Position numbers and translations under genes: made by a program. The notes below the pieces were generated by a model. That model was not told where the DNA came from and did no database searches. It saw only the letters and a list, made by a program, of their open reading frames with translations. Below are positions 20,265 through 30,676 of a DNA stretch of 64,000 nt, piece by piece; the first letter of the stretch is position 1; each line of letters begins with the position of its first letter. Source of the DNA: Candidatus Latescibacterota bacterium (GTDB taxonomy: Bacteria > Latescibacterota > UBA2968 > UBA8231). The stretch covers positions 64,001-128,000 of the forward strand of contig CBDAOB010000004.1 of assembly GCA_965197905.1 (NCBI GenBank). Direction: 5' to 3'.

Positions 20265-23200
20265 ATGTTGAACCGCATCATCGAGGCGTGTTTGAACAAC
20301 AGGTTCATGACGATCATCGTGGGGTGCCTGGTGATCGGGGCGGGCTTCTTCGCTGTCTACAACACCCCGCTCGACGCCATTCCAGATCTGTCCGACGTAC
20401 AGGTGATCGTTTTGACGGAATACCCGGGTCAAGCTCCTCAGGTCGTTGAGGATCAGGTGACCTATCCCTTGACGACCGCCATGTTAGGGGTCCCGTTCGC
20501 GAAAGCGGTGCGGGGGTATTCCTTCTTCGGTTTGTCATTTGTCTACATCATCTTCGAGGATGGGACAGACATCTACTGGGCCCGGAGCCGGGTACTGGAA
20601 TATTTAAATTTTGTTACCGACAGATTGCCGCCTGGAGTGGCTCCCAAGCTCGGCCCGGACGCTACCGGGGTCGGATGGGTCTTCGAGTACGTGCTCGAAG
20701 ATACCAGTGGCCGCCACGACTTGTCCGAGCTGCGATCCATCCAGGACTGGTACCTGCGTTACGAATTGACCAGCGTCCCGGGTGTCTCGGAGGTGGCGAG
20801 TATCGGTGGTTTCGTCAAGCAGTATCAAGTAACCGTAGACCCCAACAAGCTTGCGGTTTTTGACGTACCGCTAAACAAGGTGCGCACAGCAATTCAACGT
20901 GGAAACAACGATGTCGGTGGTCGCCTGGTGGAGATGGGGGAGACCGAGTTCATGGTACGCGGTCTGGGATACGTCCGGTCGTTGGAGGATCTGCGCAGTA
21001 TCGCCATCGGCGTCGATGCCAACGGTACACCGATTCGGCTGCGGGATATCGCTACGGTCCAGCTGGGTCCCGAATTGCGCCGAGGTCTGGCCGAATGGAA
21101 CGGCGAGGGGGAGATCGTAGGGGGGATCGTGGTCATGCGTTACGGCGAGAACGCCCTTGCCGTCATCGAGCGTGTGAAAGCACGGCTAGAACAGCTGAAG
21201 TCGGGGCTGCCGCCCGAAATCGAGATTCACACCGCATACGACCGCTCCGGTTTGATCCTACGGGCCGTGGACAACCTGCGGGAAAAACTGACGGAAGAGT
21301 GTATCGTGGTGGCTCTGGTTTGCACCCTCTTCCTGCTCCATTTCCGCAGTGCATTCGTGGCGATATTCACGCTTCCAGTGGGCATTCTCGTGTCGTTTGC
21401 CATCATGTATAACCAGGGCATCAACGCGAACATCATGTCCCTGGGGGGAATCGCCATCGCCATCGGGGCCATGGTCGACGCGGCCATCGTAATGGTTGAG
21501 AACGCCCATCGCCATATCGAGCGCGACGGCGGCCGCAAGGACCACTGGCAAATCATTGCCGATGCTTCCAAGGAAGTGGGACCGGCCCTTTTCTATTCGT
21601 TACTGATCATTACTCTGTCCTTCTTGCCCGTGTTCAGCCTCGAAGCACAAGAGGGCCGGCTGTTCAAACCTCTGGCTTTTACGAAAACCTACGCTATGGC
21701 GGCGTCCGCAATTCTCGCGATTACGATCGTGCCGGTGCTCATGGGATTTCTCGTCCGCGGTCGCATCATGCCGGCGAGGAAAAACCCTCTTTCACGAGCT
21801 GCCATCTTCCTCTACCGGCCGGCACTGAGGTGGGTGCTCAGGCATCGGATCCTAGTGGTGGCTCTGGGGGGCGCCGCAGTTCTGGTTGCGGTTTTTCCAT
21901 TCAACCGCCTAGTCGCTGAGAGGTTCTCCGACGAACCTCGAAGCATTACCTACCGCGGACTGGTGAAACTCGGTCGCCTCTTTCCAATGGAAAAGCTCGG
22001 TTCCGAGTTCATGCCCCCACTCTATGAGGGTGACTTGCTGTACATGCCCACCACCCTGCCGGGCGTGTCCGTAACCAAAGCGCGTGAGCTGCTGCAGCAG
22101 ACCGACAAGATCATTCGCACCTTCCCCGAGGTACATCACGTTTTCGGCAAGATCGGTCGCGCTGAAACCGCGACCGATCCAGCGCCAATGTCGATGATTG
22201 AAACAACGATCACGCTCAAACCAGAGACCGAATGGCGCCCGGGCATGACCCCCGAAAAGCTGGTGGACGAACTCAACCAGGCGGTCAAGTTCCCCGGTCT
22301 GACCAACGCGTGGACCATGCCGATCAAAACTCGAATAGACATGTTATCCACGGGCATCAAGACGCCGGTGGGCATCAAAGTAGCCGGCGACGATCTGGAG
22401 ACCCTTCAGCGTATCGGTCAACAGATTGAAGAGGTCGTGCGCCGCATCCCCGGCACCTCAAGCGCTTACGCCGAACGGGTGGCCGGGGGCAATTACCTAG
22501 ATTTCGAGATCCGGCGGGAGGAAGCGGCGCGCTACGGCCTCAGCATCGGAGACATTCAGGATGTCATCATGTCCGCCATGGGAGGCATGAATATCACCCA
22601 CACCGTTGAGGGGCGTGAGCGGTACCCAGTTAATCTGCGCTACGGTCGTGAACTGCGAGACAATCTGCCTGCTCTGCGTCGGGTTCTCGTGCCCGCACCT
22701 ACCGGCGCGTCGATCCCCCTTGAACAGTTGGCCGAGATACGCATTAGCAAGGGTCCGCCCGGAATCAAAAGCGAGAATGCCCGGCTTAACGCCTGGATCT
22801 ATGTCGATATCAAAGATGTCGATGTGGGCACCTACGTGGACCGCGCGCAGCAGCTGGTTGCGGAGCAAGTCGAGCTCCCCGCGGGGTACAGTCTCGTCTG
22901 GAGCGGTCAATTCGAGTACATGCAACGTGCGGAGCAGCGCCTGCGCATCGTCGTGCCCGTCACTCTCTGCATCATTTTCTTGTTGTTGTTTCTGAATTTC
23001 CGCAACGTCGCCGAGTGCCTGATCGTTATGGCGTCCCTGCCCTTCGCCTTGGTGGGAGGCATCTGGCTGATGTATCTGCTGGACTACAACATGAGCGTCG
23101 CAGTGGGTGTCGGATTCATCGCGCTGGCGGGTGTCAGTGCCGAGATCGGAGTTGTAATGCTCACCTATTTGGACCAGGCGTACCAGGCGCGCAGGCAGGA

Positions 23201-23459
23201 GGGCGCATCGCTTTCTCGCGGCGACCTGCAGGAGGCAATCATCGAGGGAGCATCGCTTCGCGTGCGTCCCGTCTTGATGACCGTTGGGTCAACCTTTTTC
23301 GGGCTGTTGCCCATCATGTGGGGCCACGGCACCGGATCGGAGGTGATGCAGCGAATAGCAGCGCCCATGGTGGGCGGATTGGCCACCTCCTTGATCCTGG
23401 CCCTCTTCTGCATCCCGGCGATCTACAGCCTCTGGAGAGAATGGGACCTGGAGAAATGA
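20265..23459 (+). CDS. cusA: CusA Cu(I)/Ag(I) RND permease
   Basis: DAIPDLSDVQVI, VEDQVTYPLT, GPDATGVGW, AMVDAAIVMVEN, WTMPIKTRIDML, MQRIAAPMVGG. Confidence 0.97.
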   Translation: MLNRIIEACLNNRFMTIIVGCLVIGAGFFAVYNTPLDAIPDLSDVQVIVLTEYPGQAPQVVEDQVTYPLTTAMLGVPFAKAVRGYSFFGLSFVYIIFEDGTDIYWARSRVLEYLNFVTDRLPPGVAPKLGPDATGVGWVFEYVLEDTSGRHDLSELRSIQDWYLRYELTSVPGVSEVASIGGFVKQYQVTVDPNKLAVFDVPLNKVRTAIQRGNNDVGGRLVEMGETEFMVRGLGYVRSLEDLRSIAIGVDANGTPIRLRDIATVQLGPELRRGLAEWNGEGEIVGGIVVMRYGENALAVIERVKARLEQLKSGLPPEIEIHTAYDRSGLILRAVDNLREKLTEECIVVALVCTLFLLHFRSAFVAIFTLPVGILVSFAIMYNQGINANIMSLGGIAIAIGAMVDAAIVMVENAHRHIERDGGRKDHWQIIADASKEVGPALFYSLLIITLSFLPVFSLEAQEGRLFKPLAFTKTYAMAASAILAITIVPVLMGFLVRGRIMPARKNPLSRAAIFLYRPALRWVLRHRILVVALGGAAVLVAVFPFNRLVAERFSDEPRSITYRGLVKLGRLFPMEKLGSEFMPPLYEGDLLYMPTTLPGVSVTKARELLQQTDKIIRTFPEVHHVFGKIGRAETATDPAPMSMIETTITLKPETEWRPGMTPEKLVDELNQAVKFPGLTNAWTMPIKTRIDMLSTGIKTPVGIKVAGDDLETLQRIGQQIEEVVRRIPGTSSAYAERVAGGNYLDFEIRREEAARYGLSIGDIQDVIMSAMGGMNITHTVEGRERYPVNLRYGRELRDNLPALRRVLVPAPTGASIPLEQLAEIRISKGPPGIKSENARLNAWIYVDIKDVDVGTYVDRAQQLVAEQVELPAGYSLVWSGQFEYMQRAEQRLRIVVPVTLCIIFLLLFLNFRNVAECLIVMASLPFALVGGIWLMYLLDYNMSVAVGVGFIALAGVSAEIGVVMLTYLDQAYQARRQEGASLSRGDLQEAIIEGASLRVRPVLMTVGSTFFGLLPIMWGHGTGSEVMQRIAAPMVGGLATSLILALFCIPAIYSLWREWDLEK

Positions 23460-23512
23460 TACGTGTAGGTATGCGTTTAGCCCCTATTATCGCTGTGGCA
23501 CCGTTTCATCTC

Positions 23513-23584
23513 CTCAATATGGTTGATCAGGACAGGCATTGCATCGACATTCTAATTCAGGTTAGCGCCGCGCTTACCAACTGA
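23513..23584 (+). pseudogene. csoR: Internal fragment of a CsoR/RcnR-family metal-sensing repressor
   Basis: Translates [21 protein letters not shown], matching the CsoR core MvEEdRyCiDILtQisA; N- and C-terminal parts absent. Confidence 0.7.
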
Positions 23585-23630
23585 TCATCGTGAAATGGGC
23601 AACCCGTTTCCTTATCGGCAGCAAGATCCA

Positions 23631-25892
23631 ATGAACGAAAAGCCTCCAACTGAAGAGCTAGCGACCCGGGAAGTTACCCTGGGCATCGAAGGCATGAACT
23701 GTGCCGCGTGCGCTAGCCGAGTAGAAAAACAGCTGGCTGGGGTTACCGGGGTGGAGCTGGCTGCGGTCAATCTCGGCACCGAAGCCGCCCACGTGGAATA
23801 CGACAGTGATCTGGCGGACATCCATCAGCTCAAGCAGGCGGTGGTGGACGCCGGTTACGCAGTCCGTGAAGACGCTGACAACGGAAAAGAGCGCCGGGAG
23901 CGAAAGCTGGCCGATATCAGGGGGCAACGGAGAACGATGGTGGCTGCCTTGGTTTTCTGGCTGCCTCTGTTTGCGCTGGAGATGAGTGGGATGGCCGGCA
24001 TCCGCCCGCCCGAATTTCTGTCATTCGAACAGCATCCGTCGCGAATCGGAATTCTGCATCTGGCCTTCGTTCTGCCAGTGCTCTGGATTGGTCGGCACAT
24101 CTACCGCGATGGTGTGCGCGCCCTGTGGCACGGGGGCCCCAACATGTTCACCCTCATCGCCCTTGGAACGACCGCTGCCTTTTTCTTCAGCGCGTGGGGC
24201 CTGACGAGGGTACTCTGGTTCGAGGCTTCTACGTTTCACACCTATTTCGCCGCGGTATCGACCATTGTCGCCCTCATGTTGCTTGGCCGTTACCTGGAAG
24301 CCAGGTCCAAGGACAGGGCCGGCGAAGCCATACGGGCTTTGATGGATCTTCAACCGCCCACAGCGGCATGGGTAACCGACGCCGGCGAGCAGCAAATTCC
24401 GATCTCCGAGGTTGCCGTCGGACAGGTTCTTCGCGTGCGTCCGGGTACAACCCTGCCCACTGATGGGGAGGTGGTCAGCGGAGTATCCGACGTTGATGAA
24501 TCGATGTTGACCGGCGAATCGATGCCGGTGCCGAAGACCGTTGGAGACCGAGTTGTCGGCGGTAGCATGAATGGACAGGGCATGATCGATGTGCGCGCTA
24601 CTCGTGTGGGACGCGACACGGTGTTGGCGCGCATCGTCAGAGTTGTTGAGGAAGCCCAGCAGGGCAGAGCACCGATAGCGCGTCTCGCGGATAGGGTGGC
24701 GGGGTACTTCGTACCCGTGGTAATCGGCATCGCGTTTGTCGCTGCCGGCTCCTGGCTGTTGGTGGGGGAGCCGTTGCCATTCGCGCTACAGGTTTTCGTG
24801 ACCATCTTGATCATAGCCTGCCCATGCAGTCTCGGTTTGGCAACGCCGGCAGCTATTATGGTGGGAACAGGCCGGGGCGCTCAGCTAGGTATCCTGGTAC
24901 GGAGTCCGGAAGCATTGGAACAAACACATCGTCTCGATACTATCGTGCTGGACAAGACCGGCACCATAACCAAAGGTAAGCCATCAGTGTCCGGGATAGA
25001 GGTTCTGGGACCGTGGTCCGAAACCGAGCTGTTGTCGTTGTGCGCCGCTGTGGAGCAGGCTTCCGAGCACATCGTTGCCTCGGCTATTGTCGATCGGGCG
25101 CGGGCTGCGGCAGTTCAATTGGAATCCGCTCTCGATTTCGAGGCGATCCCGGGTGTGGGAGCAAGGGCGCGTGTGGGTGAGCGCGTCGTTGCAGTGGGCA
25201 ATCGCAAGATGGTTGAAGACGTTGGCGGGAAGGAGCCGTACGCTGCCGCGGCGGACAGGCTGGCGGCGCAGGGGTCGACGGTCGTTTGGGTGGCTGTGGA
25301 CAACCTGGTCGCCGGGTTGATCGCCATCGCCGATATCCCCCGCGACGAGAGCACCTCCGATATAGCGACGCTGCGCAACGACGGGCTGCACGTGGTCATG
25401 CTGACAGGCGACCATGCAGCCGCAGCCCACGCCGTGGCCAAACAGGTGGGTATCGACGACGTGCGCGCAGAGGTACTGCCAGAGGACAAAGCAGACGTGG
25501 TCGAATCGCTGCGGCAGCAGGGGCGACGTGTGGGCATGGTGGGCGATGGTATCAACGATGCCCCCGCCCTGGCAAAGGCAGACGTGGGTATCGCTATTGG
25601 CGGTGGAACCGATGTGGCGCTGGAGGCAGCCGATATCGTTCTGCAAAACAACCGCCTCGCCGACGTGCGCCGTGCCATAGAGCTGAGCCGGGCGGTGTTG
25701 CGCACGATCAAACAGAATTTGTTCTGGGCGTTTTTCTACAATGTGATCGGAATTCCCGTGGCGGGTGGGGTTTTGTATATATTCGGGGGGCCGTTGCTCA
25801 ACCCGATGTTGGCCAGCGCCGCGATGGCTTTCAGCTCAGTTTCCGTGCTTGCCAATGCCCTGCGTTTGAAACGGTTCGCGCGAGATGGGTGA
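23631..25892 (+). CDS. copA: Cu(I)-translocating P1B-type ATPase
   Basis: GMNCAAC HMA domain, [22 protein letters not shown] and MAFSS Cu+ motifs. Confidence 0.95.
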   Translation: MNEKPPTEELATREVTLGIEGMNCAACASRVEKQLAGVTGVELAAVNLGTEAAHVEYDSDLADIHQLKQAVVDAGYAVREDADNGKERRERKLADIRGQRRTMVAALVFWLPLFALEMSGMAGIRPPEFLSFEQHPSRIGILHLAFVLPVLWIGRHIYRDGVRALWHGGPNMFTLIALGTTAAFFFSAWGLTRVLWFEASTFHTYFAAVSTIVALMLLGRYLEARSKDRAGEAIRALMDLQPPTAAWVTDAGEQQIPISEVAVGQVLRVRPGTTLPTDGEVVSGVSDVDESMLTGESMPVPKTVGDRVVGGSMNGQGMIDVRATRVGRDTVLARIVRVVEEAQQGRAPIARLADRVAGYFVPVVIGIAFVAAGSWLLVGEPLPFALQVFVTILIIACPCSLGLATPAAIMVGTGRGAQLGILVRSPEALEQTHRLDTIVLDKTGTITKGKPSVSGIEVLGPWSETELLSLCAAVEQASEHIVASAIVDRARAAAVQLESALDFEAIPGVGARARVGERVVAVGNRKMVEDVGGKEPYAAAADRLAAQGSTVVWVAVDNLVAGLIAIADIPRDESTSDIATLRNDGLHVVMLTGDHAAAAHAVAKQVGIDDVRAEVLPEDKADVVESLRQQGRRVGMVGDGINDAPALAKADVGIAIGGGTDVALEAADIVLQNNRLADVRRAIELSRAVLRTIKQNLFWAFFYNVIGIPVAGGVLYIFGGPLLNPMLASAAMAFSSVSVLANALRLKRFARDG

Positions 25893-25956
25893 TTCGTACC
25901 TGCGGTAACGGGAAGGGGTGCGTTGAATCGAAAGGGGGGACTGACGTGCTGCGGGC

Positions 25957-26706
25957 TCAGCGAGCTTCGAGTTTGACCATACCCCAGGACAGGTCGTCCA
26001 CGGCTGTAAGATCGAAAACGATCGTCAACACCGGGCGGTTTGCTACGCTCTGGTGTTCGCGGCTATCGAACCGCTTGGCGGTGGCGCCGCCCGACTCATT
26101 GCCGATCAGTATCCAGCCGAAGTTGGTTGAAGGAGCGTCCAGCCAGCCCTGAACATCGTCAATCATATCCGCGGTAGACGTCCATGTGTAGTTGCCGACG
26201 CCGCCCACGCCCAGGTCGGCACTCGCGATGGATGCAAAGTCTCCACCTGGGTTTTCCCACATGGTGTCCGAGGAAAAGGAATGAATCCAGGTAGCGTCGC
26301 CACGAGTAGCGGGAGCGCCGCGACCTTCTTCTCCGCCAAGTGAATCGCCCTCTCCCCAGTCCGTCAGTAGCCTGTGCAGGTGCACATTTTCGGTGCCGGC
26401 TTGGCTGTTGGACACGTTCATCGTCAAGCTGACCCTCTCTATGGTGGATCCGTCCGGTATGCTTCCCGCGATGTCGAAGAAGACCAGGGCACGCTGAGAG
26501 AGACCGTTGCTTCTCCCCACAAATAGAAAGTCCCCGGAGCCATTGCTCTCGGCCCCATCTGGGTGTTCGTAGAGGGAATTATCCCGATCGGCGGTAAGGG
26601 TGCCCTCGACGGCGACAGTGGGCAACGGGAGCAGAAGCAGGAAACCCAGACAGAGCTGCAGGTGCCGAGGAGATGAAATCAAGATTTGCGAGGGTTTTGG
26701 CGGCAT
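25957..26706 (-). CDS. Secreted DNRLRE-domain-like protein with C-terminal SWGxVK tail
   Basis: Signal peptide, DNSLYE, RALVFFD, DVQGWLD..NFGW, FDSRE..RPVL; ends TAVDDLSWGMVKLEAR. Confidence 0.8.
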   Translation of the reverse strand: MPPKPSQILISSPRHLQLCLGFLLLLPLPTVAVEGTLTADRDNSLYEHPDGAESNGSGDFLFVGRSNGLSQRALVFFDIAGSIPDGSTIERVSLTMNVSNSQAGTENVHLHRLLTDWGEGDSLGGEEGRGAPATRGDATWIHSFSSDTMWENPGGDFASIASADLGVGGVGNYTWTSTADMIDDVQGWLDAPSTNFGWILIGNESGGATAKRFDSREHQSVANRPVLTIVFDLTAVDDLSWGMVKLEAR

Positions 26707-26832
26707 TACGGAAACCGGTGTAACTAGCTAACAATATTATATATATACTATACAGGATGCTGGCATTTCGCACAAATTTTTTCTTATTCCCAGAGTGGCT
26801 CAAATTCCCATTTTTCCGTGGAGCGAACCTCT

Positions 26833-27306
26833 ATGCGTGACGTGGAAAACCCGGAGCATGGATCCGAGCAGCTCAAATCTCGGCGGCTCGTCAATCGCCT
26901 CTTGGGTGTAGGGTTGGTTTCGTCAATGACCGGATTTATGGGCACCGCCCTGGGTTATCTATGGCCGGCGGCGTATCAGAACGCGTCTACCATGGTCCAG
27001 GGCATGGATGGTCCCATCGATCCCGATCGAATCGGCGAGAATGAAGGGGTCGTTGGTCGCAGCGTGGCGGGCAAGGTCCTGCTGGTGCGCAAGAACGGCG
27101 AGCTCATCGCATTGCAGGCAAGCTGTACCCATCTGGGGTGTACCGTTGCATGGAACGGTGCGACCGGGCGCGTGGAGTGTCCCTGCCACGGGGCTCGGTA
27201 TGACCTCAGCGGTCAGGTGCTAAGAGGCCCCGCCAGAGACCCTTTGGCGCGACTACAGCTGACAACACAGCAGCAGGGGATTCACGTCGTACCGACGGCT
27301 TCCTAG
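26833..27306 (+). CDS. Rieske 2Fe-2S subunit
   Basis: SRR plus TM helix, CTHLGC, CPCHG, GPA..PL. Confidence 0.93.
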   Translation: MRDVENPEHGSEQLKSRRLVNRLLGVGLVSSMTGFMGTALGYLWPAAYQNASTMVQGMDGPIDPDRIGENEGVVGRSVAGKVLLVRKNGELIALQASCTHLGCTVAWNGATGRVECPCHGARYDLSGQVLRGPARDPLARLQLTTQQQGIHVVPTAS

Positions 27307-27311
27307 CGCAA

Positions 27312-28475
27312 ATGGGAAAATTCATACTCAACTGGTTTTCCGAGCGGTTGGACCTCGCCCCCGCCTTCAAGCTTCTGGGGGAGAATCTGCGCAAGCCGGT
27401 TCCTACCCACGTCAACTGGCTCTTCACCCTTGGTGCTTCGATAGCGTGCCTGCTGGGACTGCAGATCTTCAGCGGCCTGCTGCTGATGGTTCACTACAAG
27501 CCAAGTGCTCGGGAAGCGTACGCCAGCATCGAGTTTATCATGGATCACGTGACCCTGGGATGGTTTGTGCGCGGGCTGCACAACTGGGGCGCCCATTTGA
27601 TCATGATTCTACTGTTGCTCCACATGATCAGGGTTTTCGTATACGGCGGGTACAAACGCCCTCGCGAGGTGACCTGGGTAATCGGCGTCTTGCTCTTCAC
27701 CGTCGTCGCTGGATTCGGATTTACGGGATACCTCCTCCCCTGGGATCAGATGGCTTACTGGGCCACGGTCGTCGCCACCGAAGCGCCTGCGACCCTTCCG
27801 CTTGCCGGCCCGCTCGTCAAGGAATTCATGGTGGGCGGTGTCGAGGTGGCCGACGGAACCATCGGCAGGTTCTACGTTCTGCACGTTTTTGTTCTGCCGC
27901 TGGCGCTGGTCGGTCTAGTGGGTTTGCACCTCTTTCTCATACGGTATCAGGGGGTTTCCTCGCTGCGGCGCACCGACGTTCCCGAGCCTGGGTCGCGGGA
28001 GCTCGGCGCTGCCGGGGGCAAGCCGTTCTGGCCCTATCACGTGCTCAAGGATCTTACCTCCTGCTACATCATCATCGCCGTCCTGGTGACCCTGGCACTG
28101 TTGTTTCCACCGCACCTGGGAGACCCAGCAAACCCGTTTCTCACACCGATCGGCATTAAACCCGAGTGGTACTTTCTGCCGGCTTATCAACTGCTGAAGT
28201 ACGTTCCCGAAGCGGTTGGCGTGCAGGTGCCGCCCTTGTTTCTGATTCTTCTTCTGCTACTCCCGTTCGTCATCGATCGCTCTCCCGAACGGCACCCACG
28301 GCAGCGCCTCCGAGTCATCACCGGTGGCGTGCTTGTCTTTGGACTGGTCGTTCTGCTTGGAGTTCTCGGTCATCTCTCCGAAACCAAACGCACGATTCTC
28401 GGCACGACCTTTCAGTTTGATATCCGCGGTTTCCCGCAACCGGCAGAGGTGGACTCATCGAAGGAGCATCCGTGA
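27312..28475 (+). CDS. Cytochrome b (b6 + subunit IV-like, single chain)
   Basis: R.LH.W.....LH..R, TGYLLPWDQ..YW, RFYVLH, IKPEWYF. Confidence 0.95.
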   Translation: MGKFILNWFSERLDLAPAFKLLGENLRKPVPTHVNWLFTLGASIACLLGLQIFSGLLLMVHYKPSAREAYASIEFIMDHVTLGWFVRGLHNWGAHLIMILLLLHMIRVFVYGGYKRPREVTWVIGVLLFTVVAGFGFTGYLLPWDQMAYWATVVATEAPATLPLAGPLVKEFMVGGVEVADGTIGRFYVLHVFVLPLALVGLVGLHLFLIRYQGVSSLRRTDVPEPGSRELGAAGGKPFWPYHVLKDLTSCYIIIAVLVTLALLFPPHLGDPANPFLTPIGIKPEWYFLPAYQLLKYVPEAVGVQVPPLFLILLLLLPFVIDRSPERHPRQRLRVITGGVLVFGLVVLLGVLGHLSETKRTILGTTFQFDIRGFPQPAEVDSSKEHP

Positions 28476-29266
28476 TTCTCGGTGTTGTCTGCATGCTTCT
28501 CCTCGCCGTCGGCGCAGCCGCCACCGAACCGATCGATCTGGACGAGGTGGCCTGCGCGCTCTGTCATTTCGAACAGGGAGACGAGTTCAGTGAAAGCGTT
28601 CACTATCAACGCGGATTAATCCTTTGCAACGACTGCCACGGCGGCTTGCCATTCGAAACCGACGACGCCATTGCAAAAGCGCAAGGGACCGGTTATATCG
28701 GCAAACCGTCCCGCGAACAGATCGCCGGAGTGTGCGCCTCGTGCCACACGGCGTCGGAGAATCATTTCGCCACCGGCCCCCACGGCAACTGGACGGTGCG
28801 GGACAATCCCACTTGCGTCACCTGCCATCACAACCACCGCGTGTTAGAAGCGTCCGCCGCACTTCTCGAATCCAAGTGCACCCTATGTCACACAACCGAC
28901 AGTGATGCGCTGGAACGCTGGCACCGCATGGTCGAAGCCCTGCAAGTGCAACGGCAAAGGGTTGCCTCCCTGCAGTCGCGGCTCGACACCCTGGCGCCTG
29001 AGGTGCGAGCGGTGCGACGTGCCCTACCAATGATCGGGATCGCTTACGCCTCACTGCGGGACGCCGAACCTGCTACCCACGCCATGAACGCCTATCTGAT
29101 TGAGGAAAAGGTCGAGGAGTCACAACGGGAGTTGCAGAAGGCGGAACAACACATCGCCGACCACGTTGCGGATCTACGTCAACGAGAGTGGATCGTGGGG
29201 GGCGTGTGGCTTTTCGTCGCGATCAACGTGGCGCTGTTGTGGATTCGTCGTAGGTCGGGGAAGTAG
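28472..29266 (+). CDS. Pentaheme c-type cytochrome with C-terminal helical stalk and membrane anchor
   Basis: CALCH, CNDCH, CASCH, CVTCH, CTLCH; signal peptide; C-terminal TM helix. Confidence 0.9.
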   Translation: MILGVVCMLLLAVGAAATEPIDLDEVACALCHFEQGDEFSESVHYQRGLILCNDCHGGLPFETDDAIAKAQGTGYIGKPSREQIAGVCASCHTASENHFATGPHGNWTVRDNPTCVTCHHNHRVLEASAALLESKCTLCHTTDSDALERWHRMVEALQVQRQRVASLQSRLDTLAPEVRAVRRALPMIGIAYASLRDAEPATHAMNAYLIEEKVEESQRELQKAEQHIADHVADLRQREWIVGGVWLFVAINVALLWIRRRSGK

Positions 29267-29271
29267 CCGGC

Positions 29272-30030
29272 TTACGACGGTTGGTCCCAAGCCGCCGTTA
29301 CGAGCCTGGGTAAGATCACCCCTGCCGGTCCTGTCAGGACGTGGTCTGCCGCGGCAGAGAGGGGGGTTGGTTCCAGGTTTACCTCGACGACCTTCGCGTC
29401 ATTGCGTTTTGCCTCATAGGGCAACGCTGCTGCAGGTTGCACCAACGAGGAGGTGCCAACGCTGAACAGCAGGTCGCATCTGCGGGCCGCATCGAAAGCT
29501 GCCTGAAGAATATCTTCAGGCAGAGACTCGCCGAACCAGACCACGTCGGGCCGAAGCGGTCCTCCGCACCTAGGGCACGGTGGCGGCATCTCTTCGCCTT
29601 CCTTCCAGTCGCTCACGATTTCGTTTTCACGGAAACATTTGACCCGACCGATGTTTCCGTGTAGTTCCAGCACGTGCTCGTTGCCGGCGCGGGTGTGCAG
29701 TCCGTCGACGTTCTGGGTGATCAGGGTGAAAGCGGCCGATCGACGCTCCATTTGGGCGAGTGCTCGATGGCCGGCATTTGGTGCTGCTTTTGAAAGCAAC
29801 TCTCGACGCCAGGCGTACCAGTTCCAGACCAGCTCGGGCTCGCGCTCGAACGCAGCCGTTGTAGCCAGGTCCTCGGGATCGTACTGCTGCCACAGCCCTG
29901 ATTGCGCGTCGCGAAAGGTGGGAATCCCGCTTTCGGCTGAGATCCCGGCCCCGGTGAGGACTACGACCCGATCGGCGTCGCACAAGAGACGCCCGAGGGC
30001 GGGTGGGATTTCAGCAGCTGGATCACGCAT
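29272..30030 (-). CDS. cobB: NAD-dependent protein deacylase (sirtuin)
   Basis: GAGISAESGIPTFR, WYAWRR, TQNVDGLH, ELHG, RPDVVWFGE, GTS. Confidence 0.95.
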   Translation of the reverse strand: MRDPAAEIPPALGRLLCDADRVVVLTGAGISAESGIPTFRDAQSGLWQQYDPEDLATTAAFEREPELVWNWYAWRRELLSKAAPNAGHRALAQMERRSAAFTLITQNVDGLHTRAGNEHVLELHGNIGRVKCFRENEIVSDWKEGEEMPPPCPRCGGPLRPDVVWFGESLPEDILQAAFDAARRCDLLFSVGTSSLVQPAAALPYEAKRNDAKVVEVNLEPTPLSAAADHVLTGPAGVILPRLVTAAWDQPS

Positions 30031-30130
30031 GGTCAGCCGAGCTTGTTCGTTGAATTTTCCATGAGTATACTACGCTCTCCGAAGCATTCATCCGCCGCGC
30101 TGGCGGAAACACCGCGTTCGCCGTTCAACG

Positions 30131-30676
30131 ATGATCCCCCTGCGAAAAGTTGAGATAAGGCGTCTCTACAAAGAAGCGATCCAGAAGTACCGACTTCAAG
30201 CCAAGATCGCTTTTTTGCTGCAAAGCCTGGATGATCCGTTGAACGTCGGTTCCATGTTCCGCATTGCCGATGCCTGCGGTGCGTCTGAGCTCATCCTCGC
30301 CGGCCGTACCCCGGCGCCGCCGCACGAAGAGATCGATCGCACTTCGCGGGGCCATGAACGGCGCGTCCCTTGGCGACATATCCCACAGATAGCCGAGGCT
30401 GCGGCCATTGCTAAAGACGATGGTTATCACCTGGTGGCGTTGGAGACGGCACAGGGCGCGAAATGCTATCTGGAGTATGAGTTTCCCAGGAAGATATGCC
30501 TGGTTCTCGGCAACGAGAGCAAAGGGGTCTATCCCTCAACCCTCACCCACTGCGACGGCGCGGTGTTCATTCCCATGTACGGCAAGGGTCCCTCACTGAA
30601 TGTTCACGTCGCAGCCGCTCTGGTCGCGTATCAGGCGGCGCTGGGCGGTGGGTGCGGGGGAAGTGTCGATCGATGA
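30131..30676 (+). CDS. TrmH/SpoU-family RNA methyltransferase
   Basis: NVGSMFR, LVLGNE..G, IPMYG...SLNV. Confidence 0.9.
   Translation: MIPLRKVEIRRLYKEAIQKYRLQAKIAFLLQSLDDPLNVGSMFRIADACGASELILAGRTPAPPHEEIDRTSRGHERRVPWRHIPQIAEAAAIAKDDGYHLVALETAQGAKCYLEYEFPRKICLVLGNESKGVYPSTLTHCDGAVFIPMYGKGPSLNVHVAAALVAYQAALGGGCGGSVDR

Noticed and set aside
16919..25892. Copper locus as a mobile island
   Set aside because: No integrase, transposase, tRNA or flanking repeats seen, and composition looks like the rest of the window
26725..26755. AT-alternating tract between divergent genes
   Set aside because: Consistent with an ordinary divergent promoter region; no specific operator could be supported
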